Origin: Cyanobacteria bacterium auto_48_18
GTDB taxonomy: Bacteria > Cyanobacteriota > Vampirovibrionia > Obscuribacterales > Obscuribacteraceae
NCBI GenBank assembly: GCA_036170915.1
Contig: JAVHQC010000035.1
Location: 96,001-160,000 of the forward strand
Direction: 5' to 3'
DNA length: 64,000 nucleotides
A program made the translations under genes and the position numbers. The notes under the pieces were generated by a model that saw only the letters and a list, made by a program, of their open reading frames with translations, did no database searches and was not told the DNA's origin. Numbering within the stretch: the stretch's first letter is position 1; each line of letters begins with the position of its first letter. Of this stretch, positions 20,398-27,818 are shown in pieces.

Positions 20398-20831
20398 TTG
20401 ATTTATCAGTCCTAACCACTGTAAAGAATGGGGAATTTGGTGCTATATCAGCCGGAAGTTTGGTAAGGCCGCTTAGCACCATTTAAACGTGGTACATCTA
20501 TGTTAGCGAGTTTAACCAGCGACATGCTATTACTCGAACTTGACGAGGGGGTGAATAAAAGTTCAAGAATATTCAGTAATTTAGCAAATCCATGTCCTTG
20601 GAGTACTCTCGGTAAAGCTTATATCAGGTAAACTGATAGTAGGCATCTTGGCGGTTGCAGCTTACTTTCAGAATTGGGGGAAGTAAGTGCGCAAGTGAGG
20701 GAAGTTAACCTCTATCTTATTGGCTAGTTTAATCCCCCCACAATGCGCACTATTTCACAGAGGCAGCCTTCAGGCTCCGATAGGTCCTGAGCACGCACGT
20801 CTATAGTTTCTGTGAGTTAACCATTTAAATA

Positions 20832-21410
20832 ATGCCTCTGCTTCCATCGAAGAACAACACCAAAGAATTTGATCAATCCGCCGTGTCAGTGCTGACCGAC
20901 CTGAAAAAAGGCGGTAGTGACAAGCGTAATGAATTTATCTGGGTGCACCAGGAACGTATCTACGCTGTAGCCCTGCTGGGTACCGGCGACCATGAGCACG
21001 CGGCCGAAGTCACCATATCTTCCTTCAACAATGCTTTCAGTGCTCTCAACCAGAGTTTGCCTAAAAACCCCGATATGTCAATCTGGGACTGGCTTTCTCA
21101 ATATGTCGTTGAGGCCATGGGTGAGTATCACAGCGCCAACAGCGGGCCACCTGACGAAGAAGAAGCAGACCCTGCTCAAGATGGATCCGCCAGCATGGAC
21201 TGGGAGACAACAGTTCTACTTGGCGTGCAGAGAGTCAAACGTTGCATTGGCTCATTGCCTCAAGAGTTGAAAAGAATCTTTCTGCTCAGGCACAGTCTTG
21301 ACCTCAATTACGAACAAATTTCCATCATTACCAATCAAAAAGTCGAAAGATGTATGGCATTGCTCTACCGCTCTCGAGTGCAAGTAGTGAAATGTTTGGG
21401 CCGCGGTTAA
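20832..21410 (+). CDS. Divergent ECF-type sigma-70 factor
   Basis: Region 2-like HQERIYAVAL..TGD...AAEVT...F and DWL; region 4-like LPQELKRIFLLRH..DLNYEQIS...LYRSR; ECF-typical size (192 aa). Confidence 0.7.
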   Translation: MPLLPSKNNTKEFDQSAVSVLTDLKKGGSDKRNEFIWVHQERIYAVALLGTGDHEHAAEVTISSFNNAFSALNQSLPKNPDMSIWDWLSQYVVEAMGEYHSANSGPPDEEEADPAQDGSASMDWETTVLLGVQRVKRCIGSLPQELKRIFLLRHSLDLNYEQISIITNQKVERCMALLYRSRVQVVKCLGRG

Positions 21411-21454
21411 AGTTTACAAGTTAGTGACAGTAAAGGTTTAAAGGTTGATATCTA

Positions 21455-24400
21455 ATGTCTGACGCCGAGTACAGATTACTGATTCAAAGATCATTCGATG
21501 AAGAACTCTCTAAACAAGAGCATCGGGCGTTCGTCAACCATCTGGAAACATCAGATTCCGGTCAGAAGTTTCACCATCAACTTGATCAAATGATCCAGGC
21601 CGCACAAGATACACCTTTGCCCGATGACCTTCGTCCACAAAACCCGGAAGCTCTTGCGAGAATGATTATGGAACAACTACCGCAGAAAAAAGGCTCTATT
21701 TTTGCCATGTTCACCAACTTGTTTGGTGGCGGCGGCGGTGGAAAAGCCAAACCAGGGGCAAGCAAGAACGGTCAGTCGAAAGGCTCGGTCAAAGTTAAAG
21801 GCGGCGACAAGAAAGCCGATGCCAACCGTGGAGCGAAAAAGGGCAAAGGTAATGTTCAAGTAGATGTCGATGACGAAAATGACGTCAGCGCACCAACCGA
21901 CAGACGCCTGCCCGGCATGAAGTTAAGCCGCAAAGAAAAGGCTGCTGAAGCTGCTGCAGAAGAGTTGGAAAACTCAATCGGCACTTTCTCGCGCCTGGGC
22001 AAAATTAATTCCCGTGCCAACGATGCCATGGAAAATCGTGATGCTCAATCAACCACCAGATCTCTTGGTGAAAAATTTGGCATGCCTGGTGCCACAAGCA
22101 ATCCACTTGACGAAGCACCACTAACACTGGCTGAATCAATCAAGCGCAAAGTTTCAGAATCGCAAAAGCTTTCGCCTCTAGACATGGAGAGCGAGGAGTA
22201 CAGTCAAGAAACGTCCGGCGCTCAGGCGCAAAGTGGTGGCAATTTTGCCAGGCCTCAAGACTACGCAGCACCAGAACAAGGCGCTTCAGCATGGAGCGCG
22301 CCAACACCAATCGGTTTACCTATTAAACAAAAAATGGGCGCACCGGTAACGGCTCAGGGCTTAGACTGGAGTGGTGCACCTGCTGGTAGTGGCACCGGCA
22401 GTTATGAAGAACACCCTGGTTCAGCTATTGGTTTAGCACCACCTGGGCAGAAGCCTCCTACTCAGCAAAACATGGGTGCCGTATCGAGCGCCGCATCGGG
22501 CGGGGGTCTTGATTGGGGTGGTGCGCCAGCAGCGGCGCAAAATAATCAAAGCGGCTGGGGAAGTAATCAGCCTGCAATGGAACCTACATCAAGTCAGCCG
22601 CAAGCATTTGCGCCTCCCACTGGCATGAACAATGCTGGTATTAGTATCAGTGCTCCAGCACCAGTAGCACCTGCTGCACCTGCTACTGCTGATGGTGGCG
22701 GCTGGGGTTCGGGCTGGGGCAATGAAAATCAAGCTCCGGCTCCCGGCGCGCCTGTTCAGGGCACCGGCGTGCCTCTAAAATCATCTGACTCGTGGGCAGT
22801 GCCCGGTTCTGAAGCAGCCAGCTCCTGGGGACAGCCCGGCGAAACTCCAGCAGCTGCATTCCAGCCTGAGCCTGTAGCTGCAAGCCCAGGCGTTGACCCA
22901 TGGGGAAGCGCTGCGGTAGCAAATTCTGGTTCTGAATCAAGCACCAGCACTGGTGGCTGGTCGAGCCTGAGCAATGGCAATGCATCAGCTCCAGCTCCAA
23001 TGTCACCGGCACAAGGTGAAGGTGATGGTGGCAACTGGGGCCAGGCAGGCACATGGGGCGCACCTGGTACGCAGGCCGACTCGTCTTCAACTGGTACTCT
23101 AGACTCGGTACATAATGCTGCTCCTGCCCCGGCTAACGACCCCTGGGCACAACCGGCTCAGCCAGCTGCAGCAGCTCCAACTGCTTCGACTAATGACGCT
23201 TGGGCCAGTGTAGCTGCTGAAGTAGCAAAGCCTGCCGCAGTCGCAGCTACTAATGATCCTTGGGCACAACCTGCTCCAGCTGCCGCAGTCGCTAACGATC
23301 CTTGGGCACAACCTGCCTCCATGGGCGCACCACCAGCTTTCCCTGCTCCTGTAGCAACGAATGACCCATGGGCACAGCCTGTATCCGAACCAGCTCCTGC
23401 CCCTAGTAATGATCCCTGGGGCCAAGCTTCACAGGCTCCACAAAGCGCACAAAATTTCGGCGCACCGGCTTCAACTATTCCTGCTTCCGCTCCGGCACCA
23501 GTCAATGACCCTTGGGCCCAGGCAGCGGCAGCACCCCAGGCATTAGCACCGGTTGCCAATGAAAATGTAGGTTGGTCAGCACCAGCAGCTCCTGCTGCTG
23601 ATGCCTCAGGCATGGCCTGGGGACAATCAGCATCTGGGGGTGGCGCTCAACCTATCGCTCCCGCTCCACTTGCTACTCCAGCGTGGGGCTCACCGGAATC
23701 GGCACCACCTGATGCTAGTGCAATGCAGCCGGTGGCTCGAGCAGCTTGGTCACCAGAAGCTGAACAGATGGAAACCGGCACCTGGCAAGCCTATGGGAAG
23801 AAAGAACAATCTACACCACTAGCACCAGCAGCCTCGGCGTTTGTGCCTCAGTCTGCACCAGCAGCCGCCCCGGCAGGCGATCGCTGGGATCAACCGATTC
23901 AAGATCGCAAGCCAGAACCGGCTGCCACTGAAGCTGCTCGTTGGGATGTGCCAATTCAAGCACGCACCACGGGAGCCGATCTACCAGCACCAGCACCAAT
24001 TGCACCGGTGATGAGTTCGGGTATTCCGGTCAATCAGATCGTAGAAAAAATGGGCGCGGTACTTGGTGGTGGGCAGGACAACCGTTGGGATGTACCTATT
24101 CAAGAACGGGCTAATAAAGATGCTGCACCAGAGCAAGCAGCTGAAGTTATGCCTGCAGCACCAGCTAATGCGGCACCATTTGGTGGCGCACCGGCACCTG
24201 CTGCACCATCAGCATGGGGCGATACTCCATCTCCATCTCCATCTCCAGCCCCGACAACCTGGGGCACACATCCGGAACAGCCTACTACAACTCCATGGGG
24301 GGCGGTGGAAAGCGCACCAGCAGCAGCTCCGGCAGGTGCTGCAGACGCGCCTGCAGCACCTGCCGCCTGGTCGGCACCAGCAGAAGTGGCACCTCAAACA

Positions 24401-26098
24401 CAACCAGCTGGATGGGGCAATGAAAAGCCACAAGTTCCTTCCTGGACAGCCGCCGCAGAAGCCGCTCCGGCTGCCGCGCCAGCATGGAACAGTGCTCCGG
24501 CAGCAGCAGCACCAGCTCCTTCTGGATGGGGTGTAGAACCACCTGCAGCAGCACCAACATTGCCAGCGCCTTCAGCCTGGGCAGCAGAACCACCAGCCGC
24601 ACCAGCAGCACCTGCAGGAGCAGAGGCGTGGGGTCAGCCACCAGCATGGGGTCAGGCTTCTCCAACTCCTGCTCCAGCAGCACCACCAGCACCAGAAGTA
24701 ACTGATCGCAACAATGCTGGTGGTATGTTCAATTTAGCCGACCGCGATATCGATAAGATTTTTGGCGACAATCTCGGCGTCAGCGAACCGGTTGGCAGAA
24801 CACTGGTAAATACTGGTGGAACGGATCCTTCATTAGCTGTGCCCGCGGCTGCAGTAAATAATTTTGCTCCACCGCAAGCTCCTGCAGCAGCGGTTCCACA
24901 AACACAGGCTCCAGCACCGATTGCACAAGTACAAGCTCCAGCAGCGGCACCACAAGCAACACCTGCCGCTCAAGAAAACAAAGGTCTGTTTTCACTAACA
25001 GATAATGATCTCGACAAATTGTTCAGCAATAATTTAGGAGTGGACGAACCCTCGACTCAAGTAGCGAACAATGCACCATCCATAAGTCCAGTGCAAGCCG
25101 CCAACAACTTTGCGCCACCAGCGCAAGCAGCCCCAGCAGGCTGGAGTGCACCAGCTGAAGCACCTGCAGCTCAACCGGCAGGTTGGGGTGTACCTGCACC
25201 TGCTCCTGTGGCCGGCGCCACTACATCTGGTGGCGGCTGGTCAGCCGCCCCACAAGCACCAAGCGGCTGGGGCATGGAAGCAGCTCAACCTGCAGCAGCA
25301 GCACCAAGCGGTTGGTCAGGCGCTACTCCTGCAGCACCTGCTGCCGAGGCACCAGGTGGTTGGGGCACACCCACACCACCAGCACCGCCAGCCTGGAATC
25401 AAGCTCCAGCTGCAGCGGCAGCACCAGCGCAAGAGCAAAAAGGTGGCTTGTTCTCAGTTGACGATAATGTGATGAACCGCATTTTCTCAGATAATCTAGG
25501 CATTCCAGAAGATGCAAATAGTTCTTCAGCTACAAATTCTTCTTTAGATTCGCAGACTGATATGGGCATGTCGGCTCCGCCTAAGATTGCTGGTATCGGC
25601 CGTCTTGACGCTTCTGCCGATCAGAACCAAGACGCTGGTTCAGGCAGAATTGCTTCCATCGGGAAATTCTTGCTCGATCAAAAAGACCTGGATAAAATCG
25701 GTAAACTAACAAGCTCCGACTTTAACGAAGGCAAAATGCGCATCCTCACTCTTGAGGCTTCGCAAGATTTGCAATCGTTGCTAAGCCAGATAGGCACTCA
25801 ACAGGGAGTCGTCGGCTCAGTAATTGTGGGTCATGACGGACTTCTGATTGCCAACACCATGCCTGGTGATATGGACGCTGAATCTGTTGGAGTATGGGCA
25901 CTGGGTGTTTATATGAACACTGAACACGTGACTAAAAAAATGGGTCACGATCGGGTGCACCAGGTTGTCTCGAGAACCCACCGCGGTTACGTGGTAATTG
26001 CCGACTTCGGCGGCGGTTTGCTCGTCACTGTAACTGACGGCAGAGACACTGATTCATTGATTCCGCTGATGCGTACCATCACACAGCTGGTTAATTGA
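21455..26098 (+). CDS. 1547-aa protein: anti-sigma-like N-terminus, Trp-studded low-complexity region, C-terminal Roadblock/LC7 (MglB-like) domain
   Basis: C-terminal LQSLL...GVVGSVIVGHDGLLIA...DAESVG...GYVVIA..GGGLLVTV is a Roadblock signature; the N-terminus aligns without gaps to the ZAS repeats of the 41289-42206 protein. Confidence 0.8.
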   Translation: MSDAEYRLLIQRSFDEELSKQEHRAFVNHLETSDSGQKFHHQLDQMIQAAQDTPLPDDLRPQNPEALARMIMEQLPQKKGSIFAMFTNLFGGGGGGKAKPGASKNGQSKGSVKVKGGDKKADANRGAKKGKGNVQVDVDDENDVSAPTDRRLPGMKLSRKEKAAEAAAEELENSIGTFSRLGKINSRANDAMENRDAQSTTRSLGEKFGMPGATSNPLDEAPLTLAESIKRKVSESQKLSPLDMESEEYSQETSGAQAQSGGNFARPQDYAAPEQGASAWSAPTPIGLPIKQKMGAPVTAQGLDWSGAPAGSGTGSYEEHPGSAIGLAPPGQKPPTQQNMGAVSSAASGGGLDWGGAPAAAQNNQSGWGSNQPAMEPTSSQPQAFAPPTGMNNAGISISAPAPVAPAAPATADGGGWGSGWGNENQAPAPGAPVQGTGVPLKSSDSWAVPGSEAASSWGQPGETPAAAFQPEPVAASPGVDPWGSAAVANSGSESSTSTGGWSSLSNGNASAPAPMSPAQGEGDGGNWGQAGTWGAPGTQADSSSTGTLDSVHNAAPAPANDPWAQPAQPAAAAPTASTNDAWASVAAEVAKPAAVAATNDPWAQPAPAAAVANDPWAQPASMGAPPAFPAPVATNDPWAQPVSEPAPAPSNDPWGQASQAPQSAQNFGAPASTIPASAPAPVNDPWAQAAAAPQALAPVANENVGWSAPAAPAADASGMAWGQSASGGGAQPIAPAPLATPAWGSPESAPPDASAMQPVARAAWSPEAEQMETGTWQAYGKKEQSTPLAPAASAFVPQSAPAAAPAGDRWDQPIQDRKPEPAATEAARWDVPIQARTTGADLPAPAPIAPVMSSGIPVNQIVEKMGAVLGGGQDNRWDVPIQERANKDAAPEQAAEVMPAAPANAAPFGGAPAPAAPSAWGDTPSPSPSPAPTTWGTHPEQPTTTPWGAVESAPAAAPAGAADAPAAPAAWSAPAEVAPQTQPAGWGNEKPQVPSWTAAAEAAPAAAPAWNSAPAAAAPAPSGWGVEPPAAAPTLPAPSAWAAEPPAAPAAPAGAEAWGQPPAWGQASPTPAPAAPPAPEVTDRNNAGGMFNLADRDIDKIFGDNLGVSEPVGRTLVNTGGTDPSLAVPAAAVNNFAPPQAPAAAVPQTQAPAPIAQVQAPAAAPQATPAAQENKGLFSLTDNDLDKLFSNNLGVDEPSTQVANNAPSISPVQAANNFAPPAQAAPAGWSAPAEAPAAQPAGWGVPAPAPVAGATTSGGGWSAAPQAPSGWGMEAAQPAAAAPSGWSGATPAAPAAEAPGGWGTPTPPAPPAWNQAPAAAAAPAQEQKGGLFSVDDNVMNRIFSDNLGIPEDANSSSATNSSLDSQTDMGMSAPPKIAGIGRLDASADQNQDAGSGRIASIGKFLLDQKDLDKIGKLTSSDFNEGKMRILTLEASQDLQSLLSQIGTQQGVVGSVIVGHDGLLIANTMPGDMDAESVGVWALGVYMNTEHVTKKMGHDRVHQVVSRTHRGYVVIADFGGGLLVTVTDGRDTDSLIPLMRTITQLVN

Positions 26099-26129
26099 TT
26101 CGCAAAATTCAGTTGCTCAACCAGTCAAT

Positions 26130-27809
26130 TTATGTGGCTTGTGAAAGCACATAATTGACCAGCGTGCGCGCACCAAAACCGGTGCCGCCTTTACAGAACT
26201 CGTCGCGCTCGCGATCGAGCCAGGCCATGCCGGCTATATCAAGGTGGGCCCAGGGTTTACCCTCAGTAAACTCCTTTAAGAACATGGCAGCACAACTAGA
26301 ACCTGCTTCGCCGCGCGAACCGGCATTTTTCAAATCAGCAATGTCACTCTTTAAGGCGTCTTTATATTCGACAAATAAAGGCAACTGCCAGTATTGCTCT
26401 GAGCTTGCGGCACCACTGGCGATGACAGAGTTCACCAGATTTTGGTCTGAGCCCATAATTCCGGCGGCTACACGGCCCAGGGCCGATACTACAGCACCAG
26501 TCAAAGTAGCGATATCGATAATCTCGTCAGCACCATTGCGCAGGGCATAAGTAATGGCATCAGCCAACACGAGCCGCCCTTCAGCGTCGGTATTATTCAC
26601 TTCAATGGTTTTACCATTCATCGATTTGAGCACGTCTCCCGGATGCAGCGCAGCTGAGCCCGGCATATTTTCAGTGGCGGGTATCACAGCTAACACCGAT
26701 ACCTCTGGTTTGACTTTAGCAATTACCTGCATGGCTGCAAGTACTGCTGCCGCTCCGGCCATGTCATATTTCATATGCTCCATGCCCACAGCGGTTTTCA
26801 ATGATAAGCCGCCAGAGTCAAAGGTAATGCCTTTCCCCACCAGACCAATAGTTTTTTTGCTTTTTGTTTTGGCAGCAGTGTACTTGAGAACGATTAAACG
26901 CAGAGGTTCTTTTGCTCCACGAGCTACACCAAGAAAAGCTCCCATACCAAGCTTTGTCACTTGTTCGGGATCAAGTATTTTAATAGTCAAACCATTGTCG
27001 GCGGCAATTTTGCTGGCCGCTTGAGCCAGCCTGGTTGGCGTCATCACGGCTGGCGGTTCGGCAATGAGCGCCCGTGCCATATTAGTCGCCTCAGCCATGG
27101 AAACGGCTAAGAAAGCCGCTTTCTTCACTTGAGCAGCGCTAAGATCGCGGCTAAAAACATTCAAAGTGCAATTGACTGAAGAATTGGCTGCTGCTCTTTT
27201 ATCGTCTGCTCTGGTTTTGTACTGAGCAAAATTGAAAGACGACAAGATCCACGATTCGACTAAAGAAGACAAACAGTCAGAAGCATCCAGCGTCTTTCTT
27301 GCGGCCGGTAGATCGGCTTTGCTTTTTTTGGCACCGACCGCTTTTGTGCCATTTGCCGTTGCAGTTGCACAAGTACGCATAAGCAGTGCAACGTTTCTCA
27401 CAACAATTGTTTTAGGGCTCTTCTTAGCTGCAGTCGCTTTATCTTTATCTGTGTCTTTGTCTTTATCGCTGAGAGCCTGAGCATTATTGAGGGCAGTAAT
27501 TTTCTTTGAAATTTGTACGCCCAGTTTGCGATATGCAGAGAGCGTCACGTCTGCTTCAGTACCGAGACCAAACAAGAATAATCTTTTAAATGGTGCTTTA
27601 CCATACGTGGGCAAAATCAGCTGCTGGCCTAATCTTCCGCCAAAACCGTCTTCTGCTGCCATGTTTGCCAGAGCAGTAATGAGGCTCTGATCTATTTTTA
27701 GCTCCAGAGCACTCAGGGCATCAAGAATTTTTTCCTGATTGAATACTCCCACTACCAGCAGATCCGCTGCCAGAGCGCCTGCAGCACCAGATTGTAATTT
27801 TACGTCCAT
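26130..27809 (-). CDS. pepA: Leucyl aminopeptidase (M17)
   Basis: VGKGITFDSGGLSLK, MKYDMAG, NTDAEGRL, DIATLTGA, WAHLDIAG. Confidence 0.95.
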   Translation of the reverse strand: MDVKLQSGAAGALAADLLVVGVFNQEKILDALSALELKIDQSLITALANMAAEDGFGGRLGQQLILPTYGKAPFKRLFLFGLGTEADVTLSAYRKLGVQISKKITALNNAQALSDKDKDTDKDKATAAKKSPKTIVVRNVALLMRTCATATANGTKAVGAKKSKADLPAARKTLDASDCLSSLVESWILSSFNFAQYKTRADDKRAAANSSVNCTLNVFSRDLSAAQVKKAAFLAVSMAEATNMARALIAEPPAVMTPTRLAQAASKIAADNGLTIKILDPEQVTKLGMGAFLGVARGAKEPLRLIVLKYTAAKTKSKKTIGLVGKGITFDSGGLSLKTAVGMEHMKYDMAGAAAVLAAMQVIAKVKPEVSVLAVIPATENMPGSAALHPGDVLKSMNGKTIEVNNTDAEGRLVLADAITYALRNGADEIIDIATLTGAVVSALGRVAAGIMGSDQNLVNSVIASGAASSEQYWQLPLFVEYKDALKSDIADLKNAGSRGEAGSSCAAMFLKEFTEGKPWAHLDIAGMAWLDRERDEFCKGGTGFGARTLVNYVLSQAT

Positions 27810-27818
27810 TGGGTTTCC

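Noticed and set aside
23131..23520. Repeated AATGA(C/T)CC(C/T/A)TGGGC units that could look like a CRISPR or DNA repeat array
   Set aside because: The units are in-frame NDPW codons with third-position variation and irregular spacing inside a long ORF; no cas genes are present.
22683..25517. Many 60-160 aa alternative-frame ORFs within the giant gene
   Set aside because: Expected by-product of Pro/Ala codon-rich (CCA/GCA) sequence that has few stops in other frames.
21455..26098. Eukaryotic origin or contamination suggested by epsin-like DPW and GW motifs
   Set aside because: Intronless, flanked by bacterial genes, and bounded by bacterial-type anti-sigma-like and Roadblock domains; convergence is simpler.
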